This document shows, piece by piece, positions 20,885 to 32,800 of a stretch of DNA of 64,000 nucleotides (position 1 is its first letter; every line of letters begins with the position of its first letter). The DNA comes from Macrostomum lignano (Eukaryota). Both the position numbers and the translations under genes were made by a program. The stretch lies in the NCBI GenBank assembly GCA_002269645.1, contig NIVC01000708.1, positions 186,001 to 250,000 on the forward strand, read 5' to 3'. The notes beneath the pieces are model-generated. The model was given only the letters and a program-made list of their open reading frames with translations. It was not told the DNA's origin and did no database searches.

Positions 20885-23800
20885 ATGATGGAAGCTGCAG
20901 CGCTGATCTCCCTGTTAGGGGCTCTGCTCTGCATCGCTACCTGTCTCTGCGACTGTGAGTGAAAGCTTTTTAAACCCTCCAGGGTGTTTTTTCAAGCGAA
21001 ATGGATTTCTAACTTCTCAAGTTCCTATGTTGCAGGTGAGGTGCCGATTCGCAACAAGACTGTACTCAACGCCTGGCAGTCCTCTTATTCCTATTCTTGC
21101 TTTCACGAGAGAGACCAGCTGAATGAGAGCAATGTTCTGAACACAAGCCAAAGTTTTCAGTTCATTCACAGCAATGACAAAAAGCATTTTAACGATAGCG
21201 GATTTCACTGGTTCGCTGTGCAGCTGAGTGAGTCAGTGCTCATCGGTTCTGTGACAGTGAAGGGCAGCGAGGGTGAGTTACACCACAGACCAGTTTTATG
21301 AAGCACTGATTGACTAGTTGGTTAACTTACTTGACATAGCTTCAGGGGGTCCGGGCATCCGGATGCAGCGAGGCGTCGCCGCCCATTTTGCAAACCCCTG
21401 GCGACCAGGGAAGCTGGTGCTGCGGTGTTCTGCAGGGAGATCCGGTGGTGCCAGTGTCCGCAGCGCGGTAGCCCTTAGGTAGCGGACGAGCTGGCAGAGA
21501 TTCTCGGGCCTGAAAACGTCGGAGAGGTTCGAGTTTGGGCCGAGGTAGGTGAAGCCTGTCCTGAGTAAAGGCGGAGCATTCACAGATGAAGTGCTCCGCA
21601 TTCTCGACACCGGAGAGGCAGAAAGGGCATCATTCCTCGCTACGGATTTTTCCTGAAGGTAACGATGCCTGGCAAAACAGCCATGACCCGAGAGGTCCAT
21701 GGTCACCGCCCTGATGTCCCTGCGGTTGAGTCCAAGCAGGACTCTTGGCTAGTTGGTTGGTTTCATAAAAACAGCAGCTGCTTTTTGAAACAAAATAACT
21801 GAGGTAGCAGCATTCCTGAAACCCCCTTGCTTCCGGTATTTTTACAATCTCGTTGTTCTGGCTATAATTTCAGTCTTCTCGGATGCTGAAATGTTCCGCA
21901 GCTCAGCTGGCATCGAGATCTGGACTTCGAACTCGGAGGAGCAACTGTTTTCTGGCAACCATTGCAACTCAAAGAATATGAGCAAACAGTTTAATAAATA
22001 CCGGACCAGTTGGAAGCGTTGCGGTGTCACTACAAATAGGTCGATAAGTAGCACGCGTGTTGGGCTCTACATAGTGGACTGTCTTGCAGAGGTGAGCATC
22101 GATGCTACAGAGATTATGTGCTTAATTAGTTCATCTCACCCGGATCTCAAAATGTTGAGTGCAACATCCCAGGTCCGGTATCTGCTCCTCAGGAGAAACG
22201 TCAGCCTGAGCTTCTCAGCCAAAGACTACGGCTATCTGAGCGTCTCAGATCTGACGCTGCAGACAGTGCGCCTGGGTGAGGCTGTGGACTTTCCCAAAGC
22301 ACTTGAAGACCAGAGAAGCCTCAAAAGTGGCATGAAAATACCTGATAATATTGTGAGCTTTGGCCTGACTTTCTAGTCATCAGGCTTGTGCACTCTCTGT
22401 GCATTGGGGGCTGGCCTTCATGGGTCATGAATGACACGAGAACTCTCACGGTAAATAGCATTATAGCATTAAAGTATAAATTTATATGACTTGATTTGCA
22501 GTGCCATCGACAGACCAACTTGTTGCTGCAAACGAAAGCTTTAACGTGAGCTGCTCGTGCATTCTATGCAACGGCACGGAGTTGAGCACGAACTCAAGGC
22601 AGCTGCAGCTGTGCCAACCAGACGGAAACTGCACGAAAACCCGGAAGCTGTCGGTTGTGAAGGCACAGTCGCAGCACTCTGGCCTCTACACCTGCCAGCT
22701 TGGCTCTGCCGCAGAGTCAACTTCCATCACAGTGCTGTGTGAGCTGAGTGTCATTGCTTGTCTCCATATTTAAATACAATTAATAGACAAAAGCAACCAT
22801 AACGTGTTGCATTTTCAGCATCCTCGCATGCGCAAACAGCAGCCGAGAACGACAGTTTTGCAGTGAGCTGCACGCTGTACTTCAATGGTTCGGAGATCAT
22901 TGGTAACAACACAAGCGGCATGCAGCTGTGCCAACCAGATGGGAACTGCAGTGCGGGCCCGGAGCTGCGGATCAACAGGGCGCTGCGGCAGCACTCCGGC
23001 AGCTACACCTGCCAGGTGAACTCCACTCGAGTTTCAACCTTCGTTACCGTGCTGTGTGAGTTTCATTTCAATTTGAAATTGATTGGATAAAGAATGGCAT
23101 TTTAACTCATCTGAAATGTTTGTCGTTAGCCCTACAAAAAACTTAGACAATAAGTTTCCACTTGACTAAAAAGCTTGCGATACAGATAATGATGTCGTTG
23201 TGTTGTTGGTATTGTGTTTTTTATTTGTTGTTTAAAACTCAAACTCTCTTATTTGTAAAAAAATGTTGCACAAGCATCGTACTTGGATCTGGCTCAGCCC
23301 GATTAAAGCATCGAACTTGGATCTGGCTCAGCCCGATTAAAGCATCGAACTTGAATCTGGCTCAGCCCGATTAAAGCATCGACTTGGATCTGGCTCAGCC
23401 CGATTAAAGCATCGAACTTGGATCTGGCTCAGCCCGATTAAAGCATCGAACTTGGATCTGGCTCAGCCGATTAAAGCATCGAACTTGGATCTGGCTCAGC
23501 CCGATTAAAGCATCGAACTTGATCTGGCTCAGCCCGATTAAAGCATCGAACTTGGATCTGGCTCAGCCCGATTAAAGCATCGAACTTGAATCTGGCTCAG
23601 CCCGATTAAAGCATCGAACTTGGATCTGGCTCAGCCCGATTAAAGCATCGAACTTGGATCTGGCTCAGCCCGATTAAAGCATCGAACTTGGATCTGGCTC
23701 AGCCGATTAAAGCATCGAACTTGGATCTGGCTCAGCCCGATTAAAGCATCGAACTTGGATCTGGCTCAGCCCGATTAAAGCATCGAACTTGGATCTGGCT

Positions 23801-26800
23801 CAGCCCGATTAAAGCATCGAACTTGGATCTGGCTCAGCCGATTAAAGCATCGAACTTGGATCTGGCTCAGCCCGATTAAAGCATCGAACTTGGATCTGGC
23901 TCAGCCCGATTAAAGCATCGAACTTGGATCTGGCTCAGCCCGATTAAAGCATCGAACTTGATCTGGCTCAGCCCGATTAAAGCATCGAACTTGGATCTGG
24001 CTCAGCCCGATTAAAGCATCGAACTTGGATCTGGCTCAGCCCGATTAAAGCATCGAACTTGGATCTGGCTCAGCCCGATTAAAGCATCGAACTTGGATCT
24101 GGCTCAGCCCGATTAAAGCATCGAACTTGGATCTGGCTCAGCCCGATTAAAGCATCGAACTTGGATCTGGCTCAGCCCGATTAAAGCATCGAACTTGGAT
24201 CTGGCTCAGCCCGATTAAAGCATCGAACTTGGATCTGGCTCAGCCCGATTAAAGCATCGAACTTGGATCTGGCTCAGCCCGATTAAAGCATCGAACTTGG
24301 ATCTGGCTCAGCCCGATTAAAGCATCGAACTTGGATCTGGCTCAGCCCGATTAAAGCATCGAACTTGGATCTGGCTCAGCCCGATTAAAGCATCGAACTT
24401 GGATCTGGCTCAGCCCGATTAAAGCATCGAACTTGGATCTGGCTCAGCCCGATTAAAGCATCGAACTTGGATCTGGCTCAGCCCGATTAAAGCATCGAAC
24501 TTGGATCTGGCTCAGCCCGATTAAAGCATCGAACTTGGATCTGGCTCAGCCCGATTAAAGCATCGAACTTGATCTGGCTCAGCCCGATTAAAGCATCGAA
24601 CTTGATCTGGCTCAGCCCGATTAAAGCATCGAACTTGGATCTGGCTCAGCCCGATTAAAGCATCGAACTTGGATCTGGCTCAGCCCGATTAAAGCATCGA
24701 ACTTGGATCTGGCTCAGCCCGATTAAAGCATCGAACTTGGATCTGGCTCAGCCCGATTAAAGCATCGAACTTGGATCTGGCTCAGCCCGATTAAAGCATC
24801 GAACTTGGATCTGGCTCAGCCCGATTAAAGCATCGAACTTGATCTGGCTCAGCCCGATTAAAGCATCGAACTTGGATCTGGCTCAGCCCGATTAAAGCAT
24901 CGAACTTGGATCTGGCTCAGCCCGATTAAAGCATCGAACTTGGATCTGGCTCAGCCCGATTAAAGCATCGAACTTGGATCTGGCTCAGCCCGATTAAAGC
25001 ATCGAACTTGGATCTGGCTCAGCCCGATTAAAGCATCGAACTTGGATCTGGCTCAGCCCGATTAAAGCATCGAACTTGGATCTGGCTCAGCCCGATTAAA
25101 GCATCGAACTTGGATCTGGCTCAGCCCGATTAAAGCATCGAACTTGATCTGGCTCAGCCCGATTAAAGCATCGAACTTGGATCTGGCTCAGCCCGATTAA
25201 AGCATCGAACTTGGATCTGGCTCAGCCCGATTAAAGCATCGAACTTGGATCTGGCTCAGCCCGATTAAAGCATCGAACTTGGATCTGGCTCAGCCCGATT
25301 AAAGCATCGAACTTGGATCTGGCTCAGCCCGATTAAAGCATCGAACTTGGATCTGGCTCAGCCGATTAAAGCATCGAACTTGGATCTGGCTCAGCCCGAT
25401 TAAAGCATCGAACTTGGATCTGGCTCAGCCCGATTAAAGCATCGAACTTGGATCTGGCTCAGCCCGATTAAAGCATCGAACTTGGATCTGGCTCAGCCCG
25501 ATTAAAGCATCGAACTTGGATCTGGCTCAGCCCGATTAAAGCATCGAACTTGGATCTGGCTCAGCCCGATTAAAGCATCGAACTTGATCTGGCTCAGCCC
25601 GATTAAAGCATCGAACTTGGATCTGGCTCAGCCCGATTAAAGCATCGAACTTGGATCTGGCTCAGCCCGATTAAAGCATCGAACTTGGATCTGGCTCAGC
25701 CCGATTAAAGCATCGAACTTGGATCTGGCTCAGCCCGATTAAAGCATCGAACTTGGATCTGGCTCAGCCCGATTAAAGCATCGAACTTGGATCTGGCTCA
25801 GCCCGATTAAAGCATCGAACTTGGATCTGGCTCAGCCCGATTAAAGCATCGAACTTGGATCTGGCTCAGCCCGATTAAAGCATCGAACTTGGATCTGGCT
25901 CAGCCCGATTAAAGCATCGAACTTGGATCTGGCTCAGCCCGATTAAAGCATCGAACTTGGATCTGGCTCAGCCCGATTAAAGCATCGAACTTGGATCTGG
26001 CTCAGCCCGATTAAAGCATCGAACTTGGATCTGGCTCAGCCCGATTAAAGCATCGAACTTGATCTGGCTCAGCCCGATTAAAGCATCGAACTTGGATCTG
26101 GCTCAGCCCGATTAAAGCATCGAACTTGGATCTGGCTCAGCCCGATTAAAGCATCGAACTTGGATCTGGCTCAGCCGATTAAAGCATCGAACTTGGATCT
26201 GGCTCAGCCCGATTAAAGCATCGAACTTGGATCTGGCTCAGCCCGATTAAAGCATCGAACTTGATCTGGCTCAGCCCGATTAAAGCATCGAACTTGATCT
26301 GGCTCAGCCCGATTAAAGCATCGAACTTGATCTGGCTCAGCCCGATTAAAGCATCGAACTTGGATCTGGCTCAGCCCGATTAAAGCATCGAACTTGGATC
26401 TGGCTCAGCCCGATTAAAGCATCGAACTTGGATCTGGCTCAGCCCGATTAAAGCATCGAACTTGGATCTGGCTCAGCCCGATTAAAGCATCGAACTTGGA
26501 TCTGGCTCAGCCCGATTAAAGCATCGAACTTGGATCTGGCTCAGCCCGATTAAAGCATCGAACTTGGATCTGGCTCAGCCCGATTAAAGCATCGAACTTG
26601 GATCTGGCTCAGCCCGATTAAAGCATCGAACTTGGATCTGGCTCAGCCCGATTAAAGCATCGAACTTGGATCTGGCTCAGCCCGATTAAAGCATCGAACT
26701 TGATCTGGCTCAGCCCGATTAAAGCATCGAACTTGATCTGGCTCAGCCCGATTAAAGCATCGAACTTGGATCTGGCTCAGCCCGATTAAAGCATCGAACT

Positions 26801-29800
26801 TGGATCTGGCTCAGCCCGATTAAAGCATCGAACTTGGATCTGGCTCAGCCCGATTAAAGCATCGAACTTGGATCTGGCTCAGCCCGATTAAAGCATCGAA
26901 CTTGGATCTGGCTCAGCCCGATTAAAGCATCGAACTTGATCTGGCTCAGCCCGATTAAAGCATCGAACTTGGATCTGGCTCAGCCCGATTAAAGCATCGA
27001 ACTTGGATCTGGCTCAGCCCGATTAAAGCATCGAACTTGGATCTGGCTCAGCCCGATTAAAGCATCGAACTTGGATCTGGCTCAGCCCGATTAAAGCATC
27101 GAACTTGGATCTGGCTCAGCCCGATTAAAGCATCGAACTTGGATCTGGCTCAGCCCGATTAAAGCATCGAACTTGGATCTGGCTCAGCCCGATTAAAGCA
27201 TCGAACTTGATCTGGCTCAGCCCGATTAAAGCATCGAACTTGGATCTGGCTCAGCCCGATTAAAGCATCGAACTTGGATCTGGCTCAGCCCGATTAAAGC
27301 ATCGAACTTGGATCTGGCTCAGCCCGATTAAAGCATCGAACTTGGATCTGGCTCAGCCCGATTAAAGCATCGAACTTGGATCTGGCTCAGCCCGATTAAA
27401 GCATCGAACTTGGATCTGGCTCAGCCCGATTAAAGCATCGAACTTGGATCTGGCTCAGCCCGATTAAAGCATCGAACTTGGATCTGGCTCAGCCCGATTA
27501 AAGCATCGAACTTGGATCTGGCTCAGCCCGATTAAAGCATCGAACTTGGATCTGGCTCAGCCCGATTAAAGCATCGAACTTGGATCTGGCTCAGCCCGAT
27601 TAAAGCATCGAACTTGATCTGGCTCAGCCCGATTAAAGCATCGAACTTGGATCTGGCTCAGCCCGATTAAAGCATCGAACTTGGATCTGGCTCAGCCCGA
27701 TTAAAGCATCGAACTTGGATCTGGCTCAGCCCGATTAAAGCATCGAACTTGGATCTGGCTCAGCCCGATTAAAGCATCGAACTTGGATCTGGCTCAGCCC
27801 GATTAAAGCATCGAACTTGGATCTGGCTCAGCCCGATTAAAGCATCGAACTTGGATCTGGCTCAGCCCGATTAAAGCATCGAACTTGGATCTGGCTCAGC
27901 CCGATTAAAGCATCGAACTTGGATCTGGCTCAGCCCGATTAAAGCATCGAACTTGGATCTGGCTCAGCCCGATTAAAGCATCGAACTTGGATCTGGCTCA
28001 GCCCGATTAAAGCATCGAACTTGGATCTGGCTCAGCCCGATTAAAGCATCGAACTTGATCTGGCTCAGCCCGATTAAAGCATCGAACTTGGATCTGGCTC
28101 AGCCCGATTAAAGCATCGAACTTGGATCTGGCTCAGCCCGATTAAAGCATCGAACTTGGATCTGGCTCAGCCCGATTAAAGCATCGAACTTGATCTGGCT
28201 CAGCCCGATTAAAGCATCGAACTTGGATCTGGCTCAGCCCGATTAAAGCATCGAACTTGGATCTGGCTCAGCCCGATTAAAGCATCGAACTTGGATCTGG
28301 CTCAGCCCGATTAAAGCATCGAACTTGGATCATGGCTCAGCCCGATTAACCCACAGATCCGCCCTCAGTCGTGTCAACCCCACTGCTGCACGCTGCCAGC
28401 TGTAGTGACCTGTCAAATGTGACTGTACAATTCACTTTATCCGACTCTCAGCCGAAGCCTCAGCATTGGTGGTGTAAAATTTCATCTGATACAAGTGGAT
28501 TCGAAGCCCACAACCTGACCCTTCTGTCTCTGGTAAGTCTCTGTATCGGTACATTGTCGCTTGATGCGACAGTTTTTGCAGAATGTTGTAAAGTGAGTTT
28601 ACTCACTGGTTTGTTTTGCTAGTCGGTGTTTGGGGGTCAAGGGATGCGATTTACAAGCGTTCTCGAGTAAATATAAGAATAGCTCCACCCTTCGAGTGAG
28701 GGTTTGAAATTTTGTTTGTTGGACTAAACCTGACTGGTCTGTCTCTCGCTCACTACATTTTGGTGTCGTGCGGAGAAATCAATTGATTTGGGCTAGCGTG
28801 ACTCAGCACAAGCGCGAACTCTAAAATCTGCCAAGTCATGAGCAGCACAGAAGGCGCAAATGCAAGTGCAATGGGCGACCCACAGCGAGGGTCCCAACTG
28901 CAGACGGTGATCACTGCAGACGGTGAGCGATCAAGGATCGTCACTGCAGACGGTGAGCGAGTGCAGACAGTCGGCACGAGAGCCCTGCCTGACTGGATCC
29001 CAGGCCGGTTCGACCAGTTGACTCAGGGACTCGGACACATCAAAGGATTTCAGCACAGGCCGCGAGTCAACCCCACGGTGCAACCGACTGCTCAACCGTT
29101 GCGCAGAGTGCCGCTAAGCCTAAGGGATTCGGTTCAAAAGGAGATCGACCAGCTGCTGCAGCAAGGCATCATCGAGGAGGTCGACGCCTCAGACTGGGTG
29201 TCAAACCTAGTCGTGGTGCCAAAGGCGAACGGCTCGATCCGGATCTGCAACGACCTGAAAGGCCCAAACAAGAGCATCATACTGGACAGATACCCACTTT
29301 CGACCTTTGAGGAGCTCTCCGCCGAGTTCGCCGGGTTGCGATGCTTCTCCAAGTTAGACCTGAATTCGTCTTACCTGCAACTGGAGTTGGCCGAGGACTG
29401 CAGAAATCTGACGACGTTCGTGACGGAGCGAGGCCTATATCGATATCGGAGGGTGTGCTTCGGCCTGAGTAGTGCACCGGCTGCGTTCAAGAAGGTGATG
29501 GCTAAGATCCTCTTGACTTACTTTTGACTTAGCTGCAGGGCTGTCCCGGAGGGGACACAGCGGGAAGGCGCGGGCGCCCATTCCGCTAGTCCCTGAACGG
29601 CCGACGCGTCGCTATGGACGGAGGGTTGGCGCCGCCCAGGGAGGTCCCCCAGTGTCGCCAGCAGCTATGGTGCTCTCTGGAAAGGAGAGTTCAGACCTGC
29701 GGGTGGCCCGAAGGTAGCGCATGAGCTGATTAAAGTTTTCGGGTTTGCACGCTTCAGTAATAGATGTGTGTGGCCCGAGGTAAGTGAGTCTGGCCCGCGT

Positions 29801-32800
29801 GAAGGCGGGACAGATGCTGACGAAATGATCAGCGGTTTCGTCACCTGAGTTGCAGAAACTACAGGTGGCGTTGGTGGCGTTGCCCTGCAGGTACTGGTGC
29901 CTGGAGAAGCAGCCGTGACCAGAGAGGGTCATGGTGGCAGCCCGGATGTCTCTGCGCGAGAGGCGCAAGAGGAGCTTCCGGAGCTGGTGAGAGGGCTGAG
30001 GGACAGCGCCTCTGGATTGCCTGCAGTTCGTGCGGTTCGCCCAAGTCGAGCGGTGCTGAGTCCTGATCCACGCTTTGATGCGCGAGTCGATGACACAGCC
30101 AGGAATCGGGACAAGAGGTTCGGGGCCGAGAGAGGAGCCGGAGGCACCAACTTTTGCAAGGGTGTCAGCCAACTCATTTCCTCGGATCCCCACATGCCCC
30201 GGAACCCACTTAAGGGTAATTTTGTTGGCGGAACCCAACACATTGAGGAGTTTGATACAGTCAAGGACTGTAGCAGAGTTGGTGCTGCAGCCACTGATGG
30301 CGTGCAAGGCAGCTTGGCTGTCCGAATGGAAAATGATGTTCTTACCAGTAACGCCAGTGGCGAGAAGCTCTGCAGTGCAGGAGCTGATGGCCAGAACTTC
30401 ATTTTGGAAAACACTGGAGTTGACCCCAGTGTATTGAGCGTGGGTAGCGATGACCCTCCCGTTCAGAAAGATTCCAACACCAAAGCCGGTGTTGGCTGAC
30501 TGCTTAGAACCGTCGGTGTAGCAATGAAGCTCACCAGGGTTCCAATGGTCATTGATGTTATCGCGCGAGTCGATAGCTACGGAGTAGCGCTGTCTCAGGT
30601 TGAGCGTTGAGGCAATGCCATCGGTGAAGACGCGATTGGCCTGACACTCGTTGAGAAAGTTGAGGCACAGATCGCTATGCGGGACAAGGTTCCGCTTAGC
30701 AGGTGCTCTCATGTAAATGAATTTGACGCCGGCATCAATTAGACGCCGCGTCGTTCTAGCCGCCTCACCCCTGATGAAGAGGTCAAGAGGCGGAAGATTA
30801 AGGAAGGCCCCCATGCCAGCAAAGGGCGTGGACCTGGTGGCGTTGCAGATGAGCCTACACGCTCTGCCTTGGATCGTGTTGAGCAGGTCTGCATGGCTTT
30901 TGACCTGGGTAGCGCTAACCCAGACAACAGAGGCGTACGTAATGGCAGGTCTAACTACGGAAGTATAGATCCACCAAAGCCGCTTTGGGGATAGACCCCA
31001 AGAAGTGCCAAGTGCTCGTCGGAGCTGGGCCAGGATGGCTGAGGCACGCTTGGCTTTTGCTTTCACGTGGAGGACCAGTTGAGCCGGTGGTCAAGTATGA
31101 CCCCGAGACATCTGGTCTGGTGCGCGAAGGCAATATCTCTGCCGTAGAGCTGCAGAGGACGTATGTTCCAGCGTAGTCTGCTGGTAAACATAATGGCAAC
31201 GGTTTTGGGCTCAGAGAGTTCCAGACCATTGTCATTGGCCCAGGATTCTGCTTTGCGGATAAAGCTCTGCATCAGATCCCTGAGCGTGCTGGGAGACGGT
31301 CCTGCCACAATGGCCGTGACGTCATCAGCATACCCGACTTTGAAGACGGGGTCGGGTCGGGAGTCACTCAAAGAGCGTCCATGACCAGGTTCCAGAGCGT
31401 CGGGGTGAGGACTCCGCCTTGGGGTCCACCCTTACAGACTCTGGTGGAGGCAGTTTGCCCAAGAAGTTGGGCAGTGACCGTACGGTTGGAGATCATGTAC
31501 ATGATCCACCGTATGAGGGTAGCATGAGCTTTGCGATTTTGAAGGGCCCTCTGAAACGCTTCAAAGATAACGTTGTCGAAGGCGCCAACAATGTCAAGAA
31601 AGAGAGCCAGAGCGTAACCGTCACCCAGTACCGCCCTTTCAATCTTCTCGACAATCGCATGCAGGGCGCTGTCAGTCGACCTCCCGGTACGGAAGGCGTG
31701 CTGATTATTGCTGAGGGGCATCGCTGTCAGCTCGCAGGACAGCAGCCGCCAGAGAATAAGCCTCTCAGTGAGCTTAAGCATTGCTGACGTTAAGCTAATA
31801 GGCCGGAAGGCCTTGACGCTTTGGTAGTCACCCTTCCCAGGTTTGGGAATAAAGACTACCCGAGCTTCAGTCCAGCATTTGGGAACGTATCCCAGCTGGA
31901 TAGAGGCCCGCATAAGATTGCGGGTGAGTCTCAGGAACGAGGGTATCTTGGCTGCTTCACGAAGGAGAACAGGGTAGATACCATCAGGTCCAGGAGATTT
32001 GAAGGGTTTGAAGGTTCTGACCGCACGAGCGATTAGGTCTTCAGTGACAATGCCCGCCGCTAGGGTGGCTCCATCCATCGAATGGTTGGGCTCCGGTCTA
32101 GCAGTAGGTACCCTCGGGAAGAATGTGCTAAGCATATGCTGAAGCACTTCTTCAGGGTCTTTAGTAAGAGAGCCATCATCTTTTTTGATCATGGCTAATT
32201 TGGACATTTTGTCCATTGTAAGGGCCTTGACAAGCCTAGAAGTAGGTCTGTCTTGATCCAATTCATTGCAGAATTGGCGCCACTTACATTCCTTGGCCTT
32301 GCGCACTTCAGATTTGAAATTGCGGGAGGCTTGCCGGAAAAGCTCCATGTCCTCCGGGTTTCCGGTCTTCATGGCACGGCGATGAAGGCTTTTGGCCTTC
32401 CGCCTGAGTTTCCCCAGCTCCGGGTTCCACCACGGCGCCGAGGTCTTGCCTTTGTAGGCGCGAGCAGGACAAGCCGCTTCGTAGGCTTCAATAATGCAAC
32501 CTGTCAGCGTCTCAGCCATATGATCCACATCCTCGCAGGTCTCAATCGGACGTAAGTCCGTGAGTTCCTGCAGGTGCAGATCAAGGGCAGCCTTGTAGGC
32601 CGCCCAATCAGTGTTGCGGATATTGCGTCTCCAAGTGATCGGAGACTGGGTTTTAGTGTCCGCGATGTTAAAGGCGATAAAGCAGTGGTCAGACAGGGAG
32701 GGCTCCTCAGACCAGACTCTCCACTCCTCAACTCTGTCAAAGAGTCTTGGGGTAACGAGTGTGGCGTCGAGGACCTCGGTCCATCTGCCATTATTAAAGG

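Noticed and set aside
23272-28349. CRISPR array (34-bp partly palindromic repeat)
   Set aside because: Units are head-to-tail with no unique spacers, there are no cas genes, and the context is a eukaryotic intron.
28758-28780. Assigning a specific primer tRNA to the Gypsy PBS
   Set aside because: TGGTGTCGTG only loosely resembles known tRNA 3' ends, so it needs the species tRNA set.
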